From Thermoanaerobaculia bacterium (GTDB lineage Bacteria; Acidobacteriota; Thermoanaerobaculia; Gp7-AA8), in contig DATMNC010000062.1 of NCBI GenBank assembly GCA_035569395.1, forward strand, positions 30,591-94,590: a DNA stretch of 64,000 bases. The letters run 5' to 3'. A program made the translations under genes and the position numbers. Of this stretch, positions 31,470 to 41,118 are shown piece after piece (position 1 is the first letter of the stretch; every line of letters begins with the position of its first letter). A model generated the notes under the pieces. It ran no database searches and was not told the DNA's origin. It saw nothing but the letters and a program-made list of their open reading frames with translations.

Positions 31470-32387
31470 ATGTTCCGAAGTCGCGGTGAAAATCTGCGCT
31501 CGACGTACATTCTCCTGTTCCTGAATGTCGCGTTCTTCCTTCTCCAATACCAGGACGCCCAGAAGTTCACCCGCCTCTTCGGATTCGACCGGAACGCCGT
31601 TGCCACCGGACAGATCTGGCGCCTGTTCACCTACCAGTTCGCGCAGGCCGGTCATGTCGGCGCGTTCACGATCCCGCCGGTTCTGACCCTCTTTCTCAAT
31701 CTCGTGTTGCTCTCGTTGATGGGGTTCGCCGTCGAGGAGCAGTGGGGAACGGGAAACTTCCTTCGCTTCTATCTGATGTCGACACTGGCGACGGCGCTCG
31801 TGGCAGCCTGGTTCAACACGCCGCTCCTCGGTTCCTTCTTCATCAATTTCACGTTGCTGTTCGTCTACGCCGCGCTCAACCGCGATCAGACGTTCTATCT
31901 CTCGACGATCCTGCCCATCCGCGTAACGTTTCTGGCCTGGCTGGCGCTGGCGGCGCTGCTTACCGGCGTCTTTTTCGGCAGCAAGACCAATCTGGCGGCG
32001 CTGGCCGGGGCTGTTGTCGGTTTCGGCTATTACGTTTCGCAGCGTGTGCGGGTGCTGGCGATCGCAACGCGGGAGACTGGTCCGGCACCAAGGCTCGGAT
32101 CGGAGGATGCCGCGGTGGTCGCCGCCACACGCAATATCACCCGCGTAGCGGCCATGAAACGGGCTCTAGTCACAGGGTCTGACTCCGACATCAATCGTCT
32201 GATCGACCTCGCGCAACGCGAGAAAGTCAACGGCGTCAACATCTGCGAGCCGATCGACTTCAAGCCGGAGCACTCAGACCGCTACTGCATCCGCTGCGAA
32301 GGGTTCGCCGAATGCACGGCCCGCCATCTCCAGCTCAACCGGCCGAAGGTTGCTGCGCAGGCGCCGGCGACGGCAACGCTCGCGTAA
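31470..32387 (+). CDS. rhomboid-family membrane protein, probably catalytically divergent or inactive, with C-terminal Cys-rich tail
   Basis: WRLFTYQFAQAGHVGAF...NLVLLSLMGFAVEEQWGTGNFLRFYLMS matches rhomboid TM2/L1 signature, but the usual His residues are replaced and GxSG is degenerate (LLGSFF). Confidence 0.55.
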   Translation: MFRSRGENLRSTYILLFLNVAFFLLQYQDAQKFTRLFGFDRNAVATGQIWRLFTYQFAQAGHVGAFTIPPVLTLFLNLVLLSLMGFAVEEQWGTGNFLRFYLMSTLATALVAAWFNTPLLGSFFINFTLLFVYAALNRDQTFYLSTILPIRVTFLAWLALAALLTGVFFGSKTNLAALAGAVVGFGYYVSQRVRVLAIATRETGPAPRLGSEDAAVVAATRNITRVAAMKRALVTGSDSDINRLIDLAQREKVNGVNICEPIDFKPEHSDRYCIRCEGFAECTARHLQLNRPKVAAQAPATATLA

Positions 32388-32401
32388 ACGGCTGCTGCGC
32401 C

Positions 32402-32716
32402 GCGTTGTCGGTTATCGGTCCAATTTGATGCGGTATCGATCCAATTTGGAGCGGTATCGGTCAAATTTGATGCGGCATCGATCCAATCTGGACCGGTATC
32501 GATCCAATTTGGAGCGGTATCGATCCGATTTGACGCGGTATCGATCCAATTTGGAGCGTTCATCGATCCGATTTGATGCGGTATCGATCCGATTTGATGC
32601 GATATCGATCCGTTTGGAGCGGTATCAGTCCAATTTGATGCGATTTCGGTCCCGAGGCTCGCCGCGGTTCGGCAAAATCTACCGATAACCGACAACCGAC
32701 AACGCGGCGCAGCCGC
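32402..32716. repeat. family A hairpin element whose core carries a 21-bp minisatellite (about 10 copies of GGTATCGATCCAATTTGRWGC, 32441-32650)
   Basis: Flanks gcgttgtcggttatcgg and ccgataaccgacaaccgacaacgcgg are inverted. Interior is a tandem array of ggtatcgatccaatttggagc / ggtatcgatccgatttgatgc units. ORFs 32282-32695(-) and 32350-32688(+) are repeat translations. Confidence 0.85.
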
Positions 32717-32718
32717 AA

Positions 32719-33366
32719 CTATGACGGCGGGGTCTCTGGTCCACCACTACCACCCCCACCACCGCGGCGCCGGCGGAAACGTCTCCGCCGTTTGGGACCG
32801 TCACCCTCGGGGCGCGGCGTTCCGCCATCCTCGCGAGGAGGCTGAGGATTCGGGCGCGCCGCCTGGGGCGGGCGCGGCGGACGCGGCTCGCGCGGCGGCC
32901 TCGGTTGCAGCGGGGCTGCATTCTGGTTGGCCGCGGCAGATTCTGCTGGTTTGCCGCCGCGACGACGGCGGCGACGGCGGCCCGTCCGCTCTCCTTCGGC
33001 TTGCGGGGATGTCTGTTGCTGCTGTGGCCGCGGCTGCTGCGGAGGGCGTTGCTGGTTAGGACGCTGTGGCTGCGGACCGCCACGCTGCGGACGTTGCGGA
33101 CGGCCATCGCGGCCTCGCTCGCGCTGCTGCTGTTGCGGCCTGGCATCGGGCCGCGGAGGACGTCCGCCGCCACCACCACCCGCGCGACGCTCGTCCTTCT
33201 TGCCCGTCCGCTGCTCAAACTCCTGCAGCTTCCGCTGCATGTACTTGCGGATCGGTCCGTCCTGACGGGCCCGCATCTCGTCGAAACCGCAGTACGGGCA
33301 GCGCTTCCAACCTTCGGGATAGGTTTTCCTGCAGGAGTTGCAAAGGATGCTTTTGGGGAGCGGCAT
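32719..33366 (-). CDS. zinc-ribbon protein with long disordered R/G/P/Q-rich tail
   Basis: MPLPKSILCNSCRKTYPEGWKRCPYCGF (CxxC...CxxC) followed by a low-complexity RGG/PQ-rich region; start taken at MPLPKS. Confidence 0.5.
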   Translation of the reverse strand: MPLPKSILCNSCRKTYPEGWKRCPYCGFDEMRARQDGPIRKYMQRKLQEFEQRTGKKDERRAGGGGGGRPPRPDARPQQQQRERGRDGRPQRPQRGGPQPQRPNQQRPPQQPRPQQQQTSPQAEGERTGRRRRRRRGGKPAESAAANQNAAPLQPRPPREPRPPRPPQAARPNPQPPREDGGTPRPEGDGPKRRRRFRRRRGGGGGSGGPETPPS

Positions 33367-33552
33367 TGTCGGGCGGGGCGCATTGTACACTTCCAGCCAT
33401 GGAGCTTCCGGACGATGCCGCACGCCGCAAAACACTGCGGACGCTGATCGAATTGGCCGAGGGCTCCAGTCCCTCCGACTGCTGGGACGATGCCCGCGCC
33501 GAGGATCTGTTGCGATCGCAATCGTCGCCGGACGAAGTGCGGGGGCTGGGAA

Positions 33553-33992
33553 TGAGCGAAGAGATGATTGCCAGAGTCTTTCGGGAGTCGGGGAACCGAC
33601 AACCGACAACCGGCAAACGTTTCACAGTCCGCGTCTCCGCCCGCTTCGAAGCCGCACACTTCCTTCGCGAATACCGCGGCATCTCCGAGCCGCTGCATGG
33701 GCACTCCTACAAGGTCGAAGCCGACCTCGCCGCACGGGCGGGGGGCGTCGACTCCGATGCCATCGCGGTCGATTTCGTCACTGCCCGGCGCAAGCTCGAA
33801 GCGCTGGCCAAACGGCTCGATTACGGCTGTATCAACGACGTTCCGCCCTTCGACGAGATCAATCCTTCCGCGGAGAACATCGCCGAATGGTTCGCGGACC
33901 AGCTCGGTGAGGCGGTGGCCGGGGAGGATGCCGTCGTTCTGGCTGTGACCATATGGGAAGGACCGGTGAACTCGGTAACGTTCCGTCCATGA
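33553..33992 (+). CDS. queD: 6-carboxy-5,6,7,8-tetrahydropterin synthase (QueD/PTPS family)
   Basis: FTVRVSARFEAAHFLREYRG...EPLHGHSYKVE (C-E-x-H-G-H core). Alternative in-frame upstream ATG at 33399. Codons for GNRQPTTGKR derive from a family A repeat motif. Confidence 0.8.
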
Positions 33993-34522
33993 CCATGAAC
34001 AAGATTCCGAATCACACGTCGCTGAAGGAGTGGGCATCCGTCATCGACGCCCTCGGCAGCGGCGATCAGGTCGTGCTGATCCGCAAAGGCGGCCTCGCCG
34101 ATCAGACGTTCGGCGTCGAAGCCGCCCGCTTTTACCTCTTTCCTACGAACTACCACGACGCCGGCGGCGCTGAGCCGTCGCATGTGCGGATCACGCATTG
34201 GGCCGAAGTGCTGAAGACGTGGCAGATCCGCGACAGCGAGTTACTGCAACGCCTCGAGCCTCTGACGGTCCTCGACCGCGACACCATCAACACCCGCTAC
34301 CGCTTCCGGCCCGACCAGGCCATCAACGTCATCGCCGTACGCGCGTACCGGCTGGCCACGCCCGCCGAGGTGGTGATGAAGGCAGAGTACGCGGGATGCC
34401 GGAGCTGGGTCAGCATCGATGAGGAGATCGGCATCGACGGCTCGCTCCCCGCTTTGGGCGAAGAGGCAATACAAGCGCGCATCGCCGCGATCGACGCGTT
34501 GCTCCTCCCCGTTCACGCATAA
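33989..34522 (+). CDS. DUF1802-family protein
   Basis: Start MTMNKIP overlaps the queD stop (ATGA); LKEWASVIDALGSGDQVVLIRKGG is the DUF1802 N-terminal pattern. Confidence 0.55.
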   Translation: MTMNKIPNHTSLKEWASVIDALGSGDQVVLIRKGGLADQTFGVEAARFYLFPTNYHDAGGAEPSHVRITHWAEVLKTWQIRDSELLQRLEPLTVLDRDTINTRYRFRPDQAINVIAVRAYRLATPAEVVMKAEYAGCRSWVSIDEEIGIDGSLPALGEEAIQARIAAIDALLLPVHA

Positions 34523-34529
34523 TCGCCCC

Positions 34530-35276
34530 GTGGAGCTGACCGTCGTCATCATCATGCTCGCCATCGGTGTCGGGCTGGCGGCCTCGATCATCATCACCTT
34601 TGCGGCGGCGCAGCGCGAGGCGGAGATGAGCGGGGCCACGCGCGCCAGTGTCGCGCCGGACCGCAATCACATCGCGGCTTCCCTCCTCGTCAATCTGCTC
34701 GTCGCCGGTGGAACACCTCCGGATGCCGCAAAGCGCGCGGTCCGGCAGGGAGCAGGGGTGGCTGCGCCCGTCACGTCGTCGATCGACGTCGTCAGTTGGA
34801 GCGAGCGTTTCGCGAAGCTGGCCACGGCGGAACAGCGCATGTGGCTCCTCGATACCGCCGTCCGGCTCGTCGCTGACCGGACCACACCGGTTCCGTTGCG
34901 CCAATACTCGGCGCTTCTCGATCTCAGCTTCGGCCTCGGTTTCCAGACTGACGCCCTGGCTAAGCTGCGTGATACCTACGGTTTCGACTATGTCGACTAC
35001 GCCAAGGCCGCCAGGCCACGGAGCGCCGACCGAGGCGGAGTGACCACGCCGCTTTACTCCCGGGACCAGCGTGAGACATCGGAGTTGCTCCGGATCATCG
35101 GTGTCGAGGGCCCTGCCACACGGGCCATCATCATCGCCGCCTACCGCAAGCTCGCCGCGCAGCATCATCCTGACAAGGTGTTCGGCCAGCCCGCCGAAGT
35201 GCAGACGGCGGCGGCGGCGCGGTTCATCGAGATCACCCGCGCCTACGAAACCCTCCTCGTCATCTACAGCGAATAG
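34530..35276 (+). CDS. DjlA-like co-chaperone (N-terminal TM, TerB-like middle, C-terminal J-domain)
   Basis: C-terminal ELLRIIGVEGPATRAIIIAAYRKLAAQHHPDKV is a J-domain with HPD; GTG start after upstream stop. Confidence 0.7.
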   Translation: MELTVVIIMLAIGVGLAASIIITFAAAQREAEMSGATRASVAPDRNHIAASLLVNLLVAGGTPPDAAKRAVRQGAGVAAPVTSSIDVVSWSERFAKLATAEQRMWLLDTAVRLVADRTTPVPLRQYSALLDLSFGLGFQTDALAKLRDTYGFDYVDYAKAARPRSADRGGVTTPLYSRDQRETSELLRIIGVEGPATRAIIIAAYRKLAAQHHPDKVFGQPAEVQTAAAARFIEITRAYETLLVIYSE

Positions 35277-35628
35277 AGGAAGGGCTTGCCCTTCGCCGGC
35301 GACCGTGTATAATGCGCGCTGGGAATTCGGGTTGTTCACTGGTTGTTCACCGGCACTTCCCCTCCGTAAACCGTAGTAAATCTCGACGACAACAACTTTG
35401 AGGACGGACGTGTCCGGTCGCGGTGACGCGGACGCCGACGGTTCACCGGGTCGCAGAGAGCGTTTCAGCAATTGCCAACCGAAGTCGTAACCCCTGCATC
35501 GGCAACGACTTCGGCAGCAAACCCCGGAAACTTCGACGCCCTTGGTAACCATTTTTTTGATCGCCGCATCTAACAACGATAACGGCACGACTTACGCATT
35601 TTTTGGAAGTAGACGTACGGGAGACACG

Positions 35629-36399
35629 ATGAAAACCGCTGTAGCGACTGATCACGAGCAGGGATGGGACTTCGAGAAGGCAGCCATGCCTTACGTCGAC
35701 TCCCTCTACAACACTGCCTATCGCATGACGAGGAACTCCGAAGACGCTGAGGATCTCGTGCAGGAGACCTATCTCAAGGCCTACAAGTACTACGACAAGT
35801 TCGAGGAAGGCACGAACTTCAAGGCGTGGCTCTTCAAGATCATGAAGAACACGTTCATCAACAACTACCGGAAGAAGAAGCTCACGCCGCACAAGATCGA
35901 CTTCTCCGAGATTGAAGAGTCGTACGAACGGGTCATCCAGAAGAACGCGCCGGACCTGATCAAGGATCCGGAGAGCGAGATCTTCCAGGACATGATGGAC
36001 GCCGACGTCAAGCGCGCGCTCGACTCGCTTCCGCATGACTACAAGATGGTGGTCCTGCTGGCGGACATCGAAGGCTTCTCCTACAAAGAGATCGCCGAGA
36101 TCCTCGACTGCCCGGTTGGCACCGTCATGTCGCGCCTCTACCGCGGCCGCAAGATGCTGGAGCGGACGCTGCTGGAGTACGCCCGCAAGTACGGCTACAT
36201 CCGCGGCGGCGCCGAGCCCGCCAAGATGCGCTCCCGCAAGGACGAGACCAAGGGCCGCAAGAAGAAGGACTCCGAGTCTGGAGATGAGACTGAAATCCAG
36301 GAACCGGAAGTCGACGAAGAGGCCATTCTCTTCGCCGACGACGAAGACCTCGAGCTGGAGATCGAAGAAGAAGAGCCGGAGCAGTTCGAGATCGAGTAA
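35629..36399 (+). CDS. ECF-type RNA polymerase sigma factor with acidic C-terminal extension
   Basis: Sigma70 region 2 (DAEDLVQETYLKAYKYYDKF) and region 4 (FSYKEIAEILDCPVGTVMSRLYRGRKML); Glu/Asp-rich tail. Confidence 0.85.
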   Translation: MKTAVATDHEQGWDFEKAAMPYVDSLYNTAYRMTRNSEDAEDLVQETYLKAYKYYDKFEEGTNFKAWLFKIMKNTFINNYRKKKLTPHKIDFSEIEESYERVIQKNAPDLIKDPESEIFQDMMDADVKRALDSLPHDYKMVVLLADIEGFSYKEIAEILDCPVGTVMSRLYRGRKMLERTLLEYARKYGYIRGGAEPAKMRSRKDETKGRKKKDSESGDETEIQEPEVDEEAILFADDEDLELEIEEEEPEQFEIE

Positions 36400-36424
36400 C
36401 GCATTCCATCAAACGATCACGCGA

Positions 36425-36457
36425 AGGGCGGCCACAAAACTGGCCGCCCTTTTTTTG
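36425..36457 (+). terminator. rho-independent terminator after the sigma factor gene
   Basis: agggcggcca-caaaac-tggccgccct followed by TTTTTTT. Confidence 0.6.
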
Positions 36458-36535
36458 TTCGGAATTCGGCTTGCCTCCTGCCAGTTGCGAACCGTTGCAG
36501 AGTCGTCACCTCGACAGCCAAGGAGAACCGCAGTA

Positions 36536-36772
36536 ATGATCTGTGACGATGTGAAACGGGTTGCCTACTTCTTCCTCGACGGAAACCTCGGCGAGCGCAA
36601 ACAGACCGACTTCAAGACCCACGTCAGCCTCTGCCCCGAGTGCGAACAGCGCGTCAGCATCCACCGCCGGTTGCGCATCTTCATTGTCAAACGCCTCGGC
36701 CGCGATTCCGCCCCGCAACACCTGCGGCAACGCCTCTCGCGAACGTTCCGTGCCTTGACCACCGAGACATAG
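36536..36772 (+). CDS. zf-HC2-type anti-sigma factor (small, zinc-binding)
   Basis: MICDDVKRVAYFFLDGNL...HVSLCPECEQR carries the H-x3-C-x2-C motif of RsrA/ChrR-type anti-sigma N-terminal domains; downstream of the ECF sigma gene. Confidence 0.65.
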   Translation: MICDDVKRVAYFFLDGNLGERKQTDFKTHVSLCPECEQRVSIHRRLRIFIVKRLGRDSAPQHLRQRLSRTFRALTTET

Positions 36773-36782
36773 AATCCGCCGC

Positions 36783-37343
36783 GTGTCCGACCGCGACAAG
36801 CTGATTCTCGTTTCCTCGAATCCGAACAAAGGCATCGAAGCCGAGCGCATCCTGGGCATGTCTTTGCTCCGTGTTTCCATCGCTTTACCCGAGATTCAGG
36901 CTTCGGGTGTCGAAGAGATTACCCGCAACAAGCTCGAGGTGGCACGCACGAAAGGCTACAGCCGTCTCATCGTCGAAGATGTCTCCCTCGGCTTCGACGA
37001 GCTCGGCAACTTCCCCGGCCCCTACGTGCGCTGGCTGCTCGAAGCAGCAGGCGGCAAGGGGCTTGCCGCCATCGCCTACGCCCTCAACAACCGCGCCGCC
37101 AAAGCGGAGTGCTGCGTCGGCTACTGGAACGGCACGAAGGTCGAGATCTTCTGCGGCGTCTGCGAGGGCGAGGTCCTCGTTCAGCCGCGCGGCGAAGGGC
37201 AATTCGGCTGGGATGCCTGGTTCCAGCCGCGCGGATCAGAGAAGACGTTCGCCGAGATGACCGCCGAGGAGAAGGACAGGGTCTCGCATCGCGGCAAGGC
37301 TTACCGGAAACTTGCCGCCTGCCTCGTGGCGGAAAACGGCTGA
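36783..37343 (+). CDS. rdgB: non-canonical purine NTP pyrophosphatase (RdgB/HAM1 family)
   Basis: ILVSSNPNKGIEAERIL...FGWD..F.P...KTFAEM...KDRVSHRGKA signature; GTG start. Confidence 0.85.
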   Translation: MSDRDKLILVSSNPNKGIEAERILGMSLLRVSIALPEIQASGVEEITRNKLEVARTKGYSRLIVEDVSLGFDELGNFPGPYVRWLLEAAGGKGLAAIAYALNNRAAKAECCVGYWNGTKVEIFCGVCEGEVLVQPRGEGQFGWDAWFQPRGSEKTFAEMTAEEKDRVSHRGKAYRKLAACLVAENG

Positions 37344-37753
37344 CCCGCGCTCCGGACGTACTGAGTCCCACCGAGGACAGTACGCCTAAACCCTTTGCCG
37401 GAACCATCCGTAGAAACTACTGAAACCAGTGATGTTGGAAGCTGGCAGAGCTGGCAGGCCAATTGAAGTAGGAGTGGTCAACTCGGAGAAACCGAGCAAG
37501 CAGTGGAAAGGACGCCCCCATGTGGATATACGACGGTGATCAATGGACCGAAGAGGGCGTGAGCGAGACCGACAAACAAAGGCCGGAAACGATCATGCCG
37601 CGGCACGGAGAAGAGTTCTACCCCGAGCTCCAGGTCGTCGAAGTCGAGATCGTACCGGTTCCGCGGACAAACTACGTACCCCACTTTCCGCAGCCGTAAA
37701 TCGAAATCGATCCCCTACCGATGAGCCGCGCCGAAAGGCGCGGCCTTTTTTTG

Positions 37754-38269
37754 TCAAAGCGTCTCGATCCACGCCTCGATCGCGGCGATGGCGCGATCGT
37801 TTCGGAAGTTGTACCAGGCACGCTCGATGGTGCGGTCGGCGGCAAGCGCGCGGCGGAAGGTTTCGGCATCGCTGCTGCGCGCGAGCTCGTCGCGCGCGGG
37901 CGACGCATCGAGCGACTCGATGAATGCACGCCGATCCTCGGCCTCCGATTTTCCGGTACGCGAAGGCACACGACGGTACCGCGGCGCGGCCAGTTCCGGA
38001 TGCGCGCTCAACTCCGCCACACGAAGATCGACGATTTCGCCATCCTCGGTGTCGAGAAAGTGCGCGAGCTGGCCCGAATCGTCGAGGTAGGCAACGGTCA
38101 ACCCCTCGGTGTCGACATCGAAGGAACGTTCTCTCGCGGGCGGCGCCGCTGCCGCGGCCGGCGTCGTGCTCCACCCCGCGTTGCGCGTCAGAAACTCCTT
38201 CTCGCGCTCCTCCCGCCGCCGCTGCCAGCCGCGGAAGACGAGGCGGATCTTCTGCATAAGGGTAGGCAT
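37754..38269 (-). CDS. hypothetical cytoplasmic protein
   Basis: Start MPTLMQ chosen so as not to overlap divergent murQ; no confident domain. Confidence 0.4.
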   Translation of the reverse strand: MPTLMQKIRLVFRGWQRRREEREKEFLTRNAGWSTTPAAAAAPPARERSFDVDTEGLTVAYLDDSGQLAHFLDTEDGEIVDLRVAELSAHPELAAPRYRRVPSRTGKSEAEDRRAFIESLDASPARDELARSSDAETFRRALAADRTIERAWYNFRNDRAIAAIEAWIETL

Positions 38270-38294
38270 GCCTCGAATGATATCTTCCAAAGCC

Positions 38295-39170
38295 ATGAGC
38301 CAGGAGCGGCTCGACGCGAGTCTCGACATCGACCAGCGATCGGCACGCGAGATCGTTCGGATCATTCAGGAGCAGGACGCACTCGTCGCCGCCGCCGTCG
38401 CCGCGGAGGCCGACCGCATCGCGCACGCCGTCGACCAGATCGCCGATCGCCTGAAGCATGGCGGCCGGCTCTTCTACGCCGGCGCCGGCACGAGTGGCCG
38501 CATCGCCATGCTCGATGCCTCGGAGCTGCCTCCGACCTACGGCATCGACCCATCGCTCGTCCGCGTGCTCATGGCCGGCGGCGAACGCGCCTTCCTGCAC
38601 GCCGTCGAAGGCGCCGAGGACGACGAAGAGGCCGCCATCGAAGCCGTCAACGCCGAGGTCAAGGCGGAGGATGCCGTCGTCGGCATCGCCGCCTCGGGGA
38701 CGACTCCCTACACCGTTGCCGCCATTCGCCGCGCCAACATGCTCGGCGCGCTCACCGTCGCCGTCACATCCAATCCGAATTCGCCGCTGGCCAGCGAGGC
38801 CGACATCGCCATCGCGCCGCAAACGGGGGCCGAGGTCATCATGGGATCGTCGCGGATGAAGAGCGGCACCGCGCAGAAGCTGGTGCTCAACACGCTCTCC
38901 ACCGGCGTGATGATTCGTCTCGGGCATGTCTATTCGAACCTCATGACCGACATGCCGGCCACGAATGAAAAGCTGCGCAACCGCGCCGTGCGGATGGTCG
39001 AGCTGGCCGCGGGCGTGCCGCGCCCGGCAGCCGTTCAGGCCATCCGGGATGCCGGCGGCAATGTGAAGTTGGCCACCATCATGGCGAAGAAGAAAACGAC
39101 GTTCGACGACGCCCGTGCCCTGCTCGAAGCGCATCACGGCAACCTGCGCGAGGTGCTCGAAACGCAATGA
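38295..39170 (+). CDS. murQ: N-acetylmuramic acid 6-phosphate etherase
   Basis: SIS domain; MSQERLDASLDIDQRSAREIVRIIQEQD...GAGTSGRIAMLDASE. Confidence 0.9.
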   Translation: MSQERLDASLDIDQRSAREIVRIIQEQDALVAAAVAAEADRIAHAVDQIADRLKHGGRLFYAGAGTSGRIAMLDASELPPTYGIDPSLVRVLMAGGERAFLHAVEGAEDDEEAAIEAVNAEVKAEDAVVGIAASGTTPYTVAAIRRANMLGALTVAVTSNPNSPLASEADIAIAPQTGAEVIMGSSRMKSGTAQKLVLNTLSTGVMIRLGHVYSNLMTDMPATNEKLRNRAVRMVELAAGVPRPAAVQAIRDAGGNVKLATIMAKKKTTFDDARALLEAHHGNLREVLETQ

Positions 39171-40291
39171 CTGACCGGAAAATCTTCGGCCGTGCCTTTG
39201 TCGGAGGCGCGCTGCGCGAGGGGACGCTCATCGCCATCGACGACGGACGGATCGCCGACGTCCGCGATGCCGCCCATCCGCCACCGGGCAGCGACGTGGC
39301 CGAGGGAGTCATCGTTCCGGGATTCATCGACATCCACGTTCACGGCGGCAACGGCGCCGACTTCATGGACGCCACGTCGGACGCGGTCTCGCGCGTGACG
39401 CGCTTTCACGCCACCGAGGGGACGACGGCGCTGGCTGCGACGACGCTCTCCGCGTCGCGGCAGCATCTGCACGAGGCGGTGACCACGATCGCGCGGGCGT
39501 CACGCGGCGTCGGTGCGGCAATCTGCGGCATCCATCTCGAAGGACCGTACATCAGTGTCGCCCGTGCGGGGGCGCAGGACGCCGGCTCGATTCGGCCGGC
39601 CGAAATCGGCGAGCTGGCCGCGCTCCTCGCCGAGGGGCCGCACCTTCGCTGGATGATGACCGTCGCGCCCGAGATCGAAGGAGTGCGCGCCCTGATCGAG
39701 CATTTTCGCGATCGAATCCTCTTCTCCATCGGCCACACCGCGGCGGACTACGCCGATTGCGTCGCCGCGCTGCGATGGGGAGCGTCGCATTTCACGCACC
39801 TCTTCAACGCCATGACCGGACTCGAGCATCGTAAGCCGGGCGCGGTCGGAGCGGCCCTGACGTCGGTCGACGCCACCGCGGAGCTGATCGCCGACGGCAT
39901 CCACGTCCATCCCGCCGTTCTCCGGATCGCCGCGCTGGCCATGCCGCACCGCATCGCGCTCGTCACCGACGCCGTCCGCGCCTGCGGGATGCCTGACGGA
40001 ACGTACAAGCTCTACGAGCACGAAATCACCGTCGCCGACGGTGCGGCACGCCTCGCTGATGGCACCCTCGCCGGCAGCGTGCTGACGATGCGCTGCGCCG
40101 TCCAGAACATGGTCGAGCTGGCCGGACTGCCGCTGGAGCTCGTCCTTCCGCTGGCCACCGAAGTCCCCGCCCGCATCCTCGGCATCGGCGACCGGAAGGG
40201 AAAGCTCGCACCGGGATACGACGCCGACATCGTCGTCCTCACCGACCGTTTCGAGATTGCGGCAACGTACTTGCGAGGGGAGAGGGTTTAG
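39167..40291 (+). CDS. nagA: N-acetylglucosamine-6-phosphate deacetylase
   Basis: GFIDIHVHGGNGADFMD metal-binding motif; amidohydrolase fold length. Confidence 0.9.
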   Translation: MTDRKIFGRAFVGGALREGTLIAIDDGRIADVRDAAHPPPGSDVAEGVIVPGFIDIHVHGGNGADFMDATSDAVSRVTRFHATEGTTALAATTLSASRQHLHEAVTTIARASRGVGAAICGIHLEGPYISVARAGAQDAGSIRPAEIGELAALLAEGPHLRWMMTVAPEIEGVRALIEHFRDRILFSIGHTAADYADCVAALRWGASHFTHLFNAMTGLEHRKPGAVGAALTSVDATAELIADGIHVHPAVLRIAALAMPHRIALVTDAVRACGMPDGTYKLYEHEITVADGAARLADGTLAGSVLTMRCAVQNMVELAGLPLELVLPLATEVPARILGIGDRKGKLAPGYDADIVVLTDRFEIAATYLRGERV

Positions 40292-40360
40292 CGGTCGCGA
40301 GGTCGCGAGGTCTCGCGGTAAAACCCCGAGACCGCGCACCCCCGAAACCGCGAGACTGCG
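40291..40360. repeat. intergenic hairpin element, family B-like (GCGAGGTC/GGTCTCGCGG)
   Basis: gcggtcgcgaggtcgcgaggtctcgcgg...ccccgagaccgcgcacccccgaaaccgcgagactgcg. Confidence 0.7.
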
Positions 40361-40363
40361 AAT

Positions 40364-41065
40364 ATGAACTGGGAAACCCTTCCCAACCACGACATCCTCT
40401 CCGATCGCGCCGCCGAGATTCTCCTGGAAGCGATCCTCCGCAACCCGCGATCGGTTCTCGGACTGCCGACCGGACGAACACCAGTGAAGATGTACGAGCG
40501 CGCCGTCGCCGCATGCGGGCGCGCCTATCACTGCTTCCGCGATGTGGTGACGTTCAATCTCGACGAGTACGTCGGCATCGAACGGATACATCCCGGCAGC
40601 TACTTCACGTTCATGAAGCGGCACCTTTTCGATTACATCGACATCGATCCCGCGAACGCGCACATTCCGAATGGCGCGGCGGCCGATGTCGATGCGGAGT
40701 GCGCGCGGTACGAGCGCGACATCGCTGCTTCCGGCGGTCTCGATCTCACCTTCCTCGGCCTCGGCAGCAACGGCCACATCGCCTTCAACGAGCCCGGAAC
40801 ATCCTTCCACTCGCGCACGCGGTCCGTCACGCTCACCGAGTCGACGCGCGCCGCCAACGCCTCGCTCTTTCCCGACGGGAACGTCCCGACCCACGCCATC
40901 ACCATGGGGATTGCCACGATCCTGGAGTCGAAATCGATCGTGCTGCTCGCCAGCGGGGAGAGGAAGCGAGACGCCATCGAACGGCTGCGCAGCGGCGAGA
41001 TCAGCGAGGAGTTCCCGGCCAGCGCGCTATGGAAGCATCCCGATGTGACGGTGCTGACCGCATAG
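40364..41065 (+). CDS. nagB: glucosamine-6-phosphate deaminase
   Basis: LGLPTGRTP...FNLDEYVG...LGLGSNGHIAFNEPG. Confidence 0.9.
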   Translation: MNWETLPNHDILSDRAAEILLEAILRNPRSVLGLPTGRTPVKMYERAVAACGRAYHCFRDVVTFNLDEYVGIERIHPGSYFTFMKRHLFDYIDIDPANAHIPNGAAADVDAECARYERDIAASGGLDLTFLGLGSNGHIAFNEPGTSFHSRTRSVTLTESTRAANASLFPDGNVPTHAITMGIATILESKSIVLLASGERKRDAIERLRSGEISEEFPASALWKHPDVTVLTA

Positions 41066-41118
41066 CCGAAAGGGCCTGAGCGTTGATAATCGGCTAATCT
41101 ACTAATCTACTTCCACCC

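Noticed and set aside
32441-32650. Possible CRISPR array (regular 21-bp repeats)
   Set aside because: Units are contiguous with no unique spacers. The same holds for 4447-4553 and 49497-49650. These are minisatellites, and no cas genes lie nearby
32282-32695. ORFs 32282-32695(-) and 32350-32688(+) as genes
   Set aside because: Their translations (RYRSNLMRYRSNLERYRSNL...) are just the 21-bp repeat read in frame
37593-39167. ORFs 37593-39167(-) and 37721-38968(+), 524 and 415 aa
   Set aside because: Overlap murQ and the upstream hypothetical. Translations are R/G-rich junk. murQ (SIS domain) is the real gene
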